Translations under genes and position numbers: made by a program
Notes under the pieces: model-generated
What the model saw: only the letters and a program-made list of their open reading frames with translations
Database searches by the model: none
Told to the model about the DNA's origin: nothing
In this document: positions 1 to 14,570 of the stretch, in pieces
Position numbering within the stretch: the stretch's first letter is position 1
How the letters are laid out: each line of letters starts with the position of its first letter
NCBI GenBank assembly: GCA_951406725.2
Contig: OX597820.1
Span: 63,736,001 to 63,800,000, forward strand
Source: Octopus vulgaris
Lineage: Eukaryota
DNA length: 64,000 nucleotides
Direction: 5' to 3'

Positions 1-148
1 TTCTGAGTTCAAATTCTTCCGATGCTGAATTTGCCTTTTTTCATCTTGGGGTCGATAAATTAAGTATCAGTTGCGCACTGGGTTTGGTGTGATTGATTAA
101 TCAACCTCTCACCGAAACTTCAGGCCTTCTACCTATTGTAGAAAGTAT
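1..148 (+). mobile_element. Deu/Nin-domain-like SINE fragment (abundant octopus-type repeat)
   Basis: Contains ttctgagttcaaatt...ttgcctt..tcatc..ggggtcgataaattaagta, a motif recurring more than 10 times in the window. Confidence 0.65.
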
Positions 149-161
149 TATATAATACGTA

Positions 162-544
162 GGAGGCGCAATGGCCCAGTGGTTAGGGCAGCGGACTCGC
201 GGTCATAGGATCGCGGTTTCGATTCCCAGACCGGGCGTTGTGAGTGTTTATTGAGCGAAAACACCTAAAGCTCCACGAGGCTCCGGCAGGGGATGGTGGT
301 GATCCCTGCTGTACTCTTTCACCACAACTTTCTCTCACTCTTACTTCCTGTTTCTGTTGTACCTGTATTTCAAAGGGCCGGCCTTGTCACTCTCTGTGTC
401 ACGCTGAATATCCCCGAGAACTACGTTCAGGGTACACGTGTCTGTGGAGTGCTCAGCCACTTACACGTTAATTTCACGAGCAGGCTGTTCCGTTGATTCA
501 GTTCAACCGGAACCCTCGTCGTCGTAACCGACGGAGTGCTTCCA
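162..544 (+). mobile_element. Full-length tRNA-derived SINE (OR-type octopus SINE-like)
   Basis: A box tggcccagtgg, B box ggtttcgattcc; near-identical reverse copy at 18970-19357; 12 bp TSD tatataatacgt at 149-160 and 545-556. Confidence 0.9.
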
Positions 545-1614
545 TATATAATACGTCAGAAAAGAAAAGAAAAGAAAAAGAAACAAAGCTCCCTGGTCAT
601 TTTTGATCATAGATCGATTCGGCTAGACTCAATCTGTTTCAAAACCGCAACAATTGCAATGATGTATATAGGATGAAATCTTTTGTAGGTCTCTTAGCGT
701 GCTACAAATAGCTATCAAATCTTCATAAAACCAGCTTTATAAAAGCAAAACCATATTAGAACGCCTAAATCGACCGAGAGGAAGCACAAATCCAGTCTAC
801 TAATCGGCTAGAAATAATACAAACATTCATTAAATCACATGTTAGACTCTTAAAAGAAATCAAGAACGTCTGATGCAGCATTAAGAACGCATAACATACG
901 AAAAGAATAAGATTGGATAGTCACGGATGAAATGCTTTTGATGATAGTTCTGAAGGAACAACGGCACTAGAAGTGAACCAATAGGACAAATTCAATTCGG
1001 CTATTAACCTTTCCTGAATAGTAGCTAAATGTGTCTCAAATAATAATATACTGTCTTAAAAACGGAAACCTCTATTAGTGAATATACATTATTGAACGAA
1101 GATTGAAATAAAAATTGACGGTTTCGGCTGAAATGCGTTTAGTCATACGAGAGACTATCCTATAAGGGTTAAATAAAAACTAAAAAAATAAGAGTAACAA
1201 TAAGTATGGACATCACCGAAGTTTTATAGTAAAGCACTAAGCAGAAATTATAAAATTTGATTAGTGGCGTCAATGTGATGAACCGGCAAAATCATTAGAT
1301 AATGGGAAAAAAATACGTTGCAGCATTTCTACTGGTTTCTCCGGTTCTGAGTTCAGTTTTCACCGGGGTAAAATTTACTTCTAATCACTTCGGGTTCCAT
1401 AAAGTAACATACCGGCCAAGTACCTTGAGTTGGTGTTATATCCTGAGCTCCATACCTCCAAGTTTTTGGTCTGATGTTTACGCTGAAAACGAATATAATC
1501 AAGCGCACTCCATGTCTGATAAAATTATTTATATTTCTTTTTCTCCAAATACGTCTATATGCGATTAGGAAATTAGACTATTTTCCATGCACAGTTCTAT
1601 ATTTAGGAGATAAG

Positions 1615-1761
1615 GAATTATATATCTTATTTACATTATTTACATTTGACGGATATTTGTCCTCATCTTGATATACCTTTGATATACCGTCCAGGCTTCA
1701 TCAGGACTCTTGCATAAATTTCGAACCTGGGTTTTCATTCCCAAGGTATTTTTCGATGTTG

Positions 1762-1808
<47 letters not shown>

Positions 1809-1877
1809 ATTACTGTCTGGAATAGAACTCGGAATCTTGGGGTTAGTAGTCCGCGCTCTTAACGACTACGTCATATG
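1615..1877 (-). mobile_element. tRNA-headed repeat with internal (AAT)n and a CTGATGA hammerhead-core remnant
   Basis: Minus strand: tagtcgttaagagcgcggactactaaccccaagattccgagttctattcc (tRNA-like A/B boxes), then (AAT)n, then cctgatgaagcc. Confidence 0.55.
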
Positions 1878-1985
1878 CATCAAAACAAGGGTAGAAGTAC
1901 ATCGTAAAGCTGTGACATGAGGAGATATTGATCAATCGGGTATAGCTGGTCATGTATAGAAAAATGGAGATCACCTCCATTAAAG

Positions 1986-2140
1986 AATTTTAATCACAAC
2001 CCCACCACCACCACCACCACCACCAAATTCATCAATTTTCACTTTTTTCAGATTTTTTTTTTTTTTTAATTATGATTCTAAAAACAAATTCTGGAAAAAG
2101 TGAAAACTGAAAAATTGGGTGGGGGTGGAATTAAAATTTT
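1986..2140. repeat. Imperfect inverted repeat / foldback
   Basis: aattttaat..acccc..aattttcacttttttcaga pairs with tctggaaaaagtgaaaact..gggt..attaaaattt. Confidence 0.5.
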
Positions 2141-2431
2141 AAAATGCTGTTGTTTTTTGCAGATTCAGAATCTCCGTACTCGGAAATAGGGGATTCTGTA
2201 AAAATAAATAAATAAACAAATAAACGAAAGCGGGTACGGTTCACATTCTTTACGTCCGCCAAATATTTTATAAAATTTTATTTTACAGGACTGTTGAATA
2301 AATCTCAGAGAGAGAAAATATATTTATTGAGCGAAGATTAATTCGATTTTTATCGAATACCTTAAGATTAAAAGAATGTGTGTGGGTGCATTTGTATGTA
2401 TGTATGCATATGTGTGTTTGAGTGTGTGTGT

Positions 2432-2469
<38 letters not shown>

Positions 2470-2644
2470 CGAAAATTATAAAAGCGAACACGAATTATGT
2501 GAAACCTTATCGACTCCATAGCTTAACCTGCTAATCCAAAGGGGGAGACGCGCCTACGCAGACCTACATATGATGATATATCTATATAAATATATGTACT
2601 TATATATGTATTTGTACATATATACATACATATTTGGTTATATA

Positions 2645-2683
<39 letters not shown>

Positions 2684-3109
2684 TGTATGTATGTACACAC
2701 AAATGTATACCCACAAATAGAAAGAACGATCTACATATATACAGAGGTAATGCATAACCGTGTTGTGTTTAATAAGAACGTATCTCGTAATATATAGGAG
2801 AATATAATATTTCTTATTATCTGATTCAGCACATAGCTTATGTTGCAGTATATGTTATAGTACGGATTCATATATGGGATTTTGCGCTAGAAATTTAACT
2901 TTGTAGCAGAGTAGTTCGAATCGAAACTGGATATAACTCTCTCCTTTTCAGAGTGCGCGCGCGCGAGTGTGTATGCATATCAAGTCAACTCGGATTAATA
3001 CAGAAATTTTTACGCTGGATAACTTCGTTGTTTCAATTTTAGAATACCTGAATAGCAACATTTCTCATTTTTTGCTTATCCCCCACCTAAAATTGTTCTC
3101 CTTGTGCCA

Positions 3110-3972
3110 ACTATTTTAGGGTAAGGTTAAATCGTTTACGACAACTCCAACACTTCACTGGTATTCATTTTATCCACACCGAAAGGATGATAGGCAAAAC
3201 TGACCTCCCCGGGATTTGAACTCAGTGTTTCAACACGGGCAAGATACTGCTAGGCATTCTGCCCGGTGTGCTAACTGTTCTTATTTCTTTATTGCCCACA
3301 AGGAGCTAAACATAGAGGCGACAAACAAGGACAGACAAAGGGTTTAAGTCGATTATATCGACCTCAGTGCGTAACTAGTACTTAATTTATCGACCCCAAA
3401 AGGATGAAAGGCAAAGTCGATCTCGGCGGAATTTGAACTCAGAAAGTAACGGCAGACGAAACACCGCTAAGCATTTCGTCCGGCGTGCTAATTATTCTAC
3501 CAGCTCACCGCCAAAGCAATAGTACAAATTGCTTTCCAATTTTGGCTCAAGGCTAGCAACCTCGGAGGAAGGTGTTAAGTCGATTATATCGACCCCAGTG
3601 CTCAGCGCTCACTATTGTCGATCCCAAAATGATGGAAGGCAAAATCGACCTCGGCGGTATTTGAAGTCAGGACCGTAAGACGGATGAAATACCGCTGAAA
3701 TTTTTGTCCAGCGTGCTGACATTTCTGCTACTTCTTCTCCTTAGAGTAAATATTAATTTCAAATGTTGACACAAGGCCAGTAAGTTTGGGGGAGGTGGTA
3801 AGTCGATGACGTGAAGTCCAGTGTTCAGCTGGTACTTATTATTTTATCGACACCGAAAGGATAAAAGGCAAAGTCGACCTCAGCGGAATTTGAACTGAGA
3901 AGCTTAAGTCAGAAGAAATGCCGCTAAGCACTTTTACCGACGCGATAACAATTCTGCCTGCTCGCCGCCTTA
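3110..3972 (-). mobile_element. Cluster of about four head-to-tail Deu/Nin-like SINE units
   Basis: Repeated atcgaccccgaaaggatgaaaggcaaagtcgacctcggcggaatttgaactcag-like units near 3170, 3390, 3620 and 3850. Confidence 0.75.
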
Positions 3973-3989
3973 GAGCAGCAGTTCATATT

Positions 3990-4270
3990 TATTACGTCAG
4001 ATAGTGGGCTGAATATGATTTGGGAGATGAAAACCGCAGCGACGAGGAGAACATAAATAGCTGATAGGATAACACCTGGAACATATTGGGATCAGTGAGT
4101 ATTGTAGCAATGGTAGTAAAAACAGAGAGAGGAGTTAGCCTGTCATTGAGCAAGAGGCTGGGTGAGTTTGCGAGTGTTTTCATGACTATTAAGCGAATGA
4201 CATTCTCCTGGACAGATTCTAGGTAGTTTGTAGAAGCTGTTTTGGTTATGATGCCTTTAATCAAAGGTCT
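3990..4270 (-). mobile_element. Degenerate LINE ORF2 C-terminal fragment (CR1/Jockey-like)
   Basis: YLESVQENVIRLI...TLANSPSLL resembles the post-RT LxxxQxRAIRLI motif. Confidence 0.35.
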
Positions 4271-4914
4271 ACTCAGGCAGGGCTACTTTAGAATTTTATG
4301 TACGGTTTTTAATTTGAGAAAAACAAACGGATTTGTGACTGTAGTTTTGCACATAGCTTTTAGACCAATTAAATTTCTGACATAGTTCTGTTCAAACAAC
4401 ACTAAAAAAAACATTAAAAAAAACACATACAAGTTTTGATGTCTGGTGGTGAGTACACTGAAGTGAAATAAGGTAGAATTTATTCTAAACGTGATTACTG
4501 CTAATTCCTCTGCAACTATTAGTTTTTAAATGATGCTGAGAACGGAGTAAATGTGAGGAGAGATAAAGAATTAAACATTCATTTTGACTACGCGACGTAA
4601 AAAACTAATAGGAAAGCTTGTAATGTAGTTGAAGATAAACTATGTTAAGAAAAAATAAATAAGACAAATTGGATTACCGCACCTGGCGTGCATATGATAG
4701 CAGGGCAAATTGATCAGGATTGGTCTCGATATAGACAAGAACAGAATTAACAAAAACTACAAAAATAGCAACCACAAAAGCAATATGAGGATAATACTAT
4801 TGGAAAATATTTAAAAAGATTCTTTGTCGAATGAGATGAGGCATTTCAATTACTACTTACTCATTTTGTATTCCTTCTTTTATTAGAGAAATGCACTAGT
4901 TTTTATGATAGATC

Positions 4915-5090
4915 TCCAGCCACTATACATTCTTTATTTTCTCTCCTTATTTTTTTCTGTGGAAAAGCGTAGGATCGAAACGTTAAAGACTTTTTTCTCT
5001 TCCCGAGCGTTATACTAATACAAATGTTTGTTGTCTACACCACCTGTCACCTGACTTCGTCTTTTGTTTGTTTGTGAATCCTCCCTATAT
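4915..5090 (+). mobile_element. Solo Penelope pseudo-LTR remnant with a decayed hammerhead-like motif
   Basis: ctgtggaaaagcgtaggatcgaaacgtta...ttcccgagcg..ctaatac...tttgtt aligns to pLTR 21328-21410 (ccgacgaagagctccgctcgaaacgtca...ttcctgagcg..ctaata...tttgtt). Confidence 0.55.
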
Positions 5091-5599
5091 ACATACAGCC
5101 ATACATATATAGCAAATGAAAGAAGGAAGATCGAATATACGAGAATTTATTAATAATCACGACAATTGTTTCGATACACCTAGCATCGATACCCCATGAG
5201 AGGGAGACTGAACAACGGGTTCAGGAGCATCCGGCGGTGCAAATATATCACGTCGGGTGATAACTAAATACAACTCCTTACCATAACTATTCCCCAATGT
5301 AACGTCTCGTTTTCTAAAGCAGCCATATCTACATTTATATAGAAGATCAAAAATAAAATCGCAAATGGCCAAAAGAGAACCTAGCACACAATCCAGTTAG
5401 AAAAGTATATCTATATCTATATGATTGATTGATTGATTCCAGTTCCAGCCTATGAGCTGTGGCCATGCTGGGGCACCGCCATATATATATATATGTATGT
5501 ATGTGTGTGTTTGTGTGTGTATAAAGCATATACAGAATGAGAGAAAAGTAAGTAGGCATTGAAAATTGGTAATAAAATCCATATGATACATTTCTTTAT

Positions 5600-6230
5600 T
5601 GCATGGGAAAATGAAATTAAATCTTCATATTTCAACGTAGGTACCGGTGACGTCAACCAGTTTCTTCAAACGGCCAGGAATCGAAAGAACAACTTTCTGA
5701 AGGAAGTCGGCTGGAATATCATTGAGAACCGTGTCTCCAAATCCTCCAGTGTGCAAAGTTTTGTCTTGTGCACCTCCTCGTTTGTGTAACCCCATCGGTA
5801 AACATCACATGGAGTGAAATCTGGACTTCTACACTTCTGCGGTCCCAGCCTTCAGAATTTAGCACTTGAAAGCAATAGAGTTTCCCAAGACAAAAAAATC
5901 CAATTCCTTATGCAATACCGTACACATTGCCAGTCTAACTTCGAGCTGCTGGATGTGCTAATTTTTGCTGGCTGCCTGCGATTAAACATTTTGTGCACTG
6001 TTGCCACGTTTTCCGTTGATTGTGATGTGGTTAGACGGTCGCTTCTTACATCGTGCGCAAGTATCGTGGTCATCAGCTTTGCATGACAACTTTTTAATTT
6101 CTCCGGACGTACTGATACATGCTTACATTTCCATGCAAGCAACTATCTCTGAACCAAAACCATGGAGTTCCACACTTCAAAGCGTGCTGCAATATTAGCT
6201 CGCTCATGAACAGTCAAAATACCGGCCACT
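5600..6230 (-). mobile_element. Internally deleted Tc1/mariner-superfamily transposase remnant
   Basis: Minus strand reads RSPDFTPCDVYRWGYTNEEVHKTKLCTLEDLETR, matching the WPPRSPDLTPCDFFLWGY..K consensus. Confidence 0.7.
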
Positions 6231-6358
6231 GGAAGATAAGAAACAAGAAATTTACCATTTATTTGTTAATAACAAACAATTATTAATAATAACAAACATC
6301 TATTAACTTCGTAATCTCCATATTATTTTTCTCTTATTAAATAGATATAATATATATA

Positions 6359-6452
6359 TACATACATACATACATACATACATACATACATACATACATA
6401 CATACATACATACATACATACATACATACATACATACATACATACATACATA
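6359..6452. repeat. (CATA)n microsatellite
   Basis: Perfect tetranucleotide run. Confidence 0.95.
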
Positions 6453-6881
6453 CCTATATATGAGGATACATTCCTACGTACATACATACAAAAATACATG
6501 CGTAAAATTTAGATAATATTTAACAATCTCTCCTGATCAGCATTCTGTCCTGAAAATGGGACCGTGAAAAAAATATATGTTTAAGCGAAGAAGTGAAGAA
6601 AAAATATATAAATAGATTCATAAATGGCAAGTTAATAAATAATTAAACAAAATAATTATCAAGATATAACTGGACGCTCAATGAAGGAAATATAAATGGA
6701 TATTATATATATATATATAAAGGTTAGTTCTGGTTCATAAAAGATATTTTGACAAGAAATCTAAAAACACGGCACACCAAAGAGTTTTATGGGGCAGCTG
6801 CCTGAATGATCACGGTAGAACATACCAATAAATATGTCTGTTATATAAACACAAGTAAACATCGGAATACATACATTTATT

Positions 6882-6936
<55 letters not shown>

Positions 6937-8119
6937 CTGTGTGTGTATGTGTGTGTTTGTGTGTTCTGTGTGTGTATGCATTTATGTCTCTATGTATGTA
7001 TGTGTGTCTATATGAATATGTATAGGTGCAAGCTCGTGTATGTGGCAGAGAACGAAAAATGCGAAGTAATAGAAATAAAACGATGAACATGATTTATATA
7101 TCCCTTCAGGTGTTCCATGATAGTATTCCCATCATTCACATATTTATAGGTCATTTTATTTGGTTTATAAGGTCACACACACACACATACACACACATGT
7201 ATATATATATATACATAAATATGCATATGTATGTTTGTGTGTGTGCATATACGTCTATACAGATATATATATATATATATATATATACATGGATGTATAT
7301 ATGTTTACACACCCACACACACATATATATGTGTGTATGTGTGTGTGTGTGTGTGTGTATCTATATGCATATATATTGATTTTATATGCATCAGTGTAAT
7401 TATGAATATAGTTACAAACGCAAGATCACACACATATTCGGCTTTATATTGTTACTGCTATAGGTCAAAGTCTGAAGTATGGTATACAGATAACAACTGC
7501 TTAGGTATGGATCCAAGTAAACATATAAATATGTGAGTGAGTGAGTGAGTGTGTGTGTATACAGGCATGTATGTACGTATATGTAAGTATATGTATATAT
7601 GTACATATAGGCATCCATACACAAATATAAATACATACCGAGAAAGAGCCTGATGGAGACACGCAGACAGACAGATAGCTAGCTAGCTAGATAGATAGAT
7701 AGATAGAGAGAGATAGAGGTGTAAGAATTCTCTTGTTTCAGTCATTAGACTGCGGCGCTGCTGGTGCAATGCATTGAACAGTTTGCGCGAAGAATTCGAT
7801 CCAGACCTCTGTAAGCTTAATCGCACGTACTTCTTTTACATCTCCCTGTTGCTGGACAGGGAGAACAGCAACAAACAATCTACGGCTGCCTGACTGCACA
7901 AATTGAAAGAGAATGCGCATATACATATATGCGCTGTCTGATCAATAAGCATCCAACTGTCGCCATAGTAACGAAGCTAAAGCATGGAGTGTGAAGCCAC
8001 TTCATACACTTTGACCATCATCCTGCTGCGCATGTGCTCTAAGACTTAACACTCTAGTTCACTTGTGCTGTTTACAGTAGTGCTTAGAAGGAAGGTGTTT
8101 AGCGTGTGATCATCGCATT

Positions 8120-8560
8120 GACCATGACAAAGAAAGTTGTCAGTGCGACGCGTGTTCAGAAGCCTACGCAAAGTTGCAGAAAGTGTACGGAGAGGAATCT
8201 ATGAGTCGATATTGAGGAACGTTTTGGGAGACCCGCAACCAGCAGAATTAAAAAGAAATTGCAGATGTACGTGTATCTGTGAGGGAAAATCACCGAATTA
8301 CTATCTGTGAATTATCAGAGTATGTTTAGATTAGTTACAGTTGATTTCCATCCATTATCACTGAAGATTTGAGTATGAGACTCATGTCTGCTAAGTTTGT
8401 GCCAACAATGCTTTCAGGTAACCAAAAGGTCACTCGGCTTTCATTTGCACAATACAATATCTCTTTGACTGGGTCGAGAACGATGCAAACACTTTGAAAA
8501 ATTTGCCTAGGCCTCTGAGAATATAACGCCAATCTTTTGGCAAAATTTAAAGCAGGTTCT
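8120..8560 (+). mobile_element. Mariner transposase N-terminal remnant
   Basis: SEAYAKLQKVYGEESMSR (Mos1-type HTH) and IITEDLSMRLMSAKFVPTML (WVPxxL motif). Confidence 0.75.
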
Positions 8561-9049
8561 CTGCTCAGCTGTCAGTTATGGTCAATACGACGATCACAAG
8601 CTACACACCTTCCTTCCTAAACAAAGAAAGTGAACTAGGATGTTTATTATTCTGCAAAGCAGTGTCACCCTGCGTGCTTTAGCTTCATTACTATGACAAT
8701 AGTCCAAATACTTATTGATCACAACACGTATGTATATTACCGACACAAAATTACCTCATGACAAATTCGATTACATGTATTTTATAGCCCTGAAGCTATT
8801 GTATGCTACTCTTGCTCCCAGTGCCGCGTACTGTAGTGAGTCTGAACCACGCAATTGTAAAGCAGGACTTTTAACAACATATTGTAGCTGCTTTAGCAAT
8901 TAGCTTGAGCCTAACAGCATACATAAAAACCACATGAATACACACACATACACACATACATAATGTATATGTATATATCAGTATATATAAATATATACAT
9001 ATATATACACACATATAAATAAATGAATATATATATATATATAGATAAC

Positions 9050-9196
9050 TTTTTATTGTGGCCACACAGGGCTAAACACAGAATAAAAATGGACGAAATA
9101 CAATGTAGATTTTGTTTTTCGAGGTGGGATGGGTGGGACATACAAAGAAAAAAAACGGTTCGATCAATAGGGATCTGTGGGTTGTGTGGATATAAA

Positions 9197-9273
<77 letters not shown>

Positions 9274-10128
9274 ATAAAGTTCACAGTTTAGGTGTAGCCC
9301 TGGAAAGAAAAACCTACAAAAAAGATCAAGGTCACCTCAGACAGTTCGAAAATGAACACATGAGTAAGTCGCCTTACCTCTCGTTGTCTCTTTTGGTCAC
9401 AGATTTACGCTTAAAATAGCGTCGCCTTTCATACTGAGCCTTTTTGCCACTTTTACCCACTTTTTATTAAAACATTCGTTCGACTAAGCCTTCCTCTCTA
9501 TTCTCATCCTCCTTTTCAAGTGGTACTTGAAAACGTTGATGAGAGACTGACCAGAGAGGAAGGTGTTTGTTTGCAGTCCTTTCAAACGCGTCCATCACAC
9601 ACATTCTTTCGCCATAGCCATCAGCGTAACGAAAACCGTTTTCCCTTCCCGTTTAAAGGAAGGTGGTGGAACAATATTCACGATAGACTCGACCGATAAG
9701 CAGGCCCGTTCTACACGCGACAACAGCTGTTCGACGAAGAACCACAGGTCTGAAAAAACTGGACACTGCACGAGTGCGTGCAGAACGGTTTCGTCGCTCT
9801 GACCGCAGGGCAGGTCGGTCCGGTGATGGTTTTCGAACCGTGCCTGTAGCTCTTCTCTCGAAGAGGTAGTGCGTCTCGATAGCATTGCCAAGCCAGGAAT
9901 TTCTGGAAGTTATCCATAGGCCCCGGCCAGAACGGCGTCCTGAAATGGCGGGTTAGGAATTTCTCGTCGACGCCCAGGTTTGCCCCGAGTGTGTCGTCGG
10001 ACCTCCCCTCAACTAGTCCTCTATAGAACGCTTTATTCGTTTGTAAGTTGCACAAGTTTGACTCCGGTCGGCAGAGCTTGGCGACACTCTCGGTGCCAAT
10101 CGCCCAGTTTCGGTCTCTTCCTGATCCA
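9050..10128 (-). mobile_element. 5'-truncated L1/Tx1-clade LINE (zf-RVT C-terminus plus 3' UTR), interrupted by (TA)n at 9202-9271
   Basis: LAWQCYRDALPLREK...TCP..CGQSDETVLHALVQCP..DLW zinc knuckle across frameshifts; 3' end ccctgtgtggccacaataaaa. Confidence 0.75.
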
Positions 10129-10272
10129 CGTTATATAAATATGTGCATATATATATATATAGATAGATAGATAGATAGAAAGATAGATACGCTCAAAAAT
10201 AGACATTTTTATAAATATATACACGAATACATATATAATGCATATATACATAAGTATATATTATACATAAAT

Positions 10273-10321
<49 letters not shown>

Positions 10322-11026
10322 CGCCTATAAACGGACTTTAACATAAATACATACACGAATATATATATAATGAATATATACATATGCATATATCTTACAG
10401 ACACACACACACATATATATATAAAATGAATATATACATATGTATATATCTTACATACAGACACACACACACAAATATATATATATATATATATTTGTTG
10501 GAAGGCAACTGAAGAAACTGATTTCCGCTCTATTAACCTAAGTAGAACATGACCAGCCCATTGATCTCGGCGTTAAAGTATGTTCTGGAATAAACATTTT
10601 GTCTAACTCGTTATTAGGTCTTCGATATTTGGTCTGAATATCATGGATGATTGAGCATGACCTCGTTGGTCGAACTTCAAAACTCACGCACACACACACA
10701 CATACGCGCGCACGCCTACACACGCACACATTTTATGCGTATATACATATGCATATAAATATCTATTTCTATCTATCTACCTATCAGCTATCTATCCAAC
10801 TATCTTTCTCTCTCTCTCTCTTTATATATATATATATACATACAAATTTCTATATAAGTCTCTACTTATATCTATATATATGTGTATATAATTCATATAC
10901 ACGCACAATGATGCAAACGAACGCATTTCAGTAGGCGAATAGAAAATGCATTTATTCGTATACACACCATATATTTACACACTTATACAAATATACATTA
11001 ATATGAATATATTTATAAATATACAG

Positions 11027-11086
<60 letters not shown>

Positions 11087-11928
11087 GTGCGTGTTTGTTT
11101 GTGTGTTTGTGTTTGTGTGTGTACAAGTGTGTGCAATTACTGTGTTGATCTCTTAGAAAGATTGTAGAACCAGCATTATTGCTTAGATATATATTCATAT
11201 ACATATACATATATATAGATACATATATGTGCGTGTCTGTATGTGTGCACGTACACGGACACGCAACCACTCGTATATAGAATTATTACACGCACAAACA
11301 CGAAAACCCGACCTACAGACTTACTCATATGTGATTTTGCCTTTTTCTTTGTGTGTGTGTATCCATATATATGTTGCTGCATATATAAATATGTGTATAT
11401 ATAAAGTTTCCTCCTCGGCGTTATGGCAAACATTTATATGTATATTCTGATGTATATCTTACTATTAATATTTACAGAATTCCTCAAACAGTATAAGAGG
11501 GCTCAGAATCATTTTAACCTAAAGTGCAAATATGAAGTAGCCATTATTAAACATTTTGTAGATGCCATATTGATATATTTGTTATATGCATCACCGCAAC
11601 CAGCTTCACTATTATGTATTTTAAAGCAATTTCATCTTGTAATGTTATGAATTTCATGGTGTTGGTTATGGTGGTGGTGGTGATGGTAGTTCTGGTGGTA
11701 GTGGTTGTGGTGGCGGTGGTGGTGTCATTTAGAATAGTTTCGTGAGTAAGATGAAGGAATATTAAAAGGCTATTTATAGAAACATGACAATCTAGTTTCA
11801 ATGAGATAAGTTTGCAAACAAGATATAATCAGATGTGTGTGTATGTGTGTGTGTGAATGTGTGCGAGTGTATGAAGTCTGGCACTTGTATATATCCATCC
11901 ATCCATACATACATGCATATATACATAC

Positions 11929-11969
<41 letters not shown>

Positions 11970-12022
11970 TACACACACACTATAACTATGCATACGTATG
12001 TACATATATTTGACCGTCCATC

Positions 12023-12091
<69 letters not shown>

Positions 12092-13265
12092 ATACATACA
12101 TAAATATATATACATGTATTATGCAATTACATATAAGAATGTATATGCTTTTATATACAAATGTATCAAAGGATAAACAAGGCCATAGTGGAAACAGTCT
12201 TGCTTCACTTACACAAAATGCATATACATATATATATATATATATATATGTATCATATACAGACATATGTAAATATGTATATATTTGTTTGTGTATGTGA
12301 GTTTAGACATGAGTGTACTTGTACACACACACACACAAGCGTACATAAAATGATACACATCTCTTTATTCGATTCGGGTTAATTTGCACTTTAATTCATT
12401 CTGTAGTGTAAAAATGAATAAAGTAAAACGGGAACATTGATGTAACGACTGCGTGATTTATCAACAGCGAACTAAAAGTTAATATACGCTATGGTTTTGA
12501 GATGCACAAACGACACTTTCTCATCGGTTGTAACATGCACTTGTAACATGGAGATATTGTTGTGTGTTACTATATATATAATGTAACATATAAAATACTA
12601 TAATCGTACAAACATAACACGTATTATACAACGACAAATGAAAAATATGAAAAAGCTGACAAAAGCAGTTCCCCAGAAGAACACTGCGAAAAAGGTAATT
12701 AGACTGACCATGCGGGTGGGTACCAGTAGTAAGGAAGACAACAAACTCTGAAGCATCTAAGTCCCCAGATATGAAATGGAAAAAAGTGAGAAGGAGCACA
12801 CATAAATGTGTAAATTCCGCCTGCATTTTGTCTGCTAACATTGCGACAGCGTTGCGATTTCCCCACTCTTAAAACCGTGTCACGCAGTAGGACTAATACT
12901 CCCGGCAAATTTATCAAAGGATAAACAACAAGGCAATAGAGGAACATGTCTTGCTTCAATTACACCAAAATTAAACTAAGTTGCAGTAGTATGCACTACT
13001 TCCAACACTTAAGGCAATCGAAATGCCGTCATAAGGACAGCAACTTAGCTGCAATCTTTCTAATACATGGCACCAGCAACTGACTTGGCTACATGAATTT
13101 CCTTCGAGCCATCCCCAGCAACATGCAATACTACCACGGCCAATTGATCTAGTGTGGCCACCACTGGAATCAGCATAGTTATTTATCGATATTCTTACTA
13201 AATATCTGAGGACTGTAACCACTTAGTAACAGAGCCATAATTCCCTTCCTGAGAGAGCTTGCCAC

Positions 13266-13770
13266 ATGCTAACAAGCCCTTTGCATTGCACCCACCGTAA
13301 GGCACCTAAAATTCGAAAGCATGAATGCAGAAATATACATACCAATGTATATTGTATTGCGAACCGAAAACAACAGAGTCATGATAGAGTTGCAATGTAT
13401 ATCCGTAAAATCCACACGTCCCCGAACGTTTTGTCATACTCAAACTCGGTGTGTAACATGCTAATTGCACATGTAAGGCAACTCAATATATTAATATGTA
13501 ATACTTATCGCCCACTAGCCGTTCCAAATAACACGGGACTATTTGAAGGCTCCCTTCTAAAAGTAGTAAAAGGCCTAACTAAATTAGAACAACACATCAG
13601 TGTACCTCACTTGGAAAACTTCAACCTGCCACATGTACAATGACCTGAGGGATTTTCCTCTCAGGAATGATGCGATGCGATCAGATACGGGTGGAATTCC
13701 TGCTCATCCTCACCAGCGAGTTAAACATGGAGCAAGTAATACTCTAGCCAACCAGAGCAAACAATATACT
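13266..13770 (+). mobile_element. Degenerate LINE APE endonuclease fragment (CR1-like)
   Basis: NRKQQSHDRVAMYIR, ICNTYRP and ENFNLPHV match DR..GGVA.Y, YRPP and GDFNLP motifs. Confidence 0.65.
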
Positions 13771-14039
13771 TTGTTCTTTGCCTCACAAAAGATATTACTC
13801 ATGTCAATTATTCGATTCCTATCAATGAATGATTGTAATCTTTTCTGGGCCTCTGTATCATGTCTTTTGAACGAAAGGTTTGAGAAACAATTGTAGCGGA
13901 ACTGGAAGAGAATTTATTATCTAGTACATTTGGTTAGCGGATTCTCTCGATTAAAATAGCAGCAATAATTCGATTGGCATTCATTTTACTGCAACCAGAA
14001 TGATGTAAAGCAAATGCGAGCTTGGTAGGATTATATTTA

Positions 14040-14570
14040 ATGTGATGAGCTGGAAGAAACTTAAGGATATCGTACAAATTGCTTAGCGCCGTTTCTTCCA
14101 GAGTTTTGTGTTCTGATTTAAAATCCTTATGGTGTCAACATTTATGTTTATTTCTTCGAGGTCGATGAAATAAATTATGCTCTTAATATTGGCCAATCGA
14201 TGAAATTCACTTAACAACCATCCCTCAAAAAGGATAATTTTGAACCCAGAATAAGGCCAGCGACCAGTTGAGGATCAAAGATGTAATTTTGCTCACTTAT
14301 AAGCCATGACAACCGAGTAATCAGCCTTATGAGTCACAGTCCTCAGAGAAAATTAAAAGCAGGACTGACATTAATATATCACTCTAGCATTGCAGCTTTG
14401 CAGTATTTCGTCCGTCTTCATGTTCTGAGTTCTAATTCTGCCGAGATCGACTTTGCATTTTCATCCTTCCTAGGTCGCTAAAATATGTAGCAGTGGAAAA
14501 CTGGAGTCGATGTAATCGACTTAATCCTTCCCCTGAACATGCTTGCCTTCTGACAACATTTGAGATCAAT
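14040..14570 (+). mobile_element. Two degenerate Deu/Nin-like SINE copies
   Basis: gttctgagttctaattctgccgagatcgactttgcattttcatcc at ~14420, older copy at ~14110. Confidence 0.55.

Noticed and set aside
162-236. tRNA gene (also 33787-33860)
   Set aside because: tRNA-like heads continue into SINE bodies, with TSDs in the first case; not standalone tRNAs
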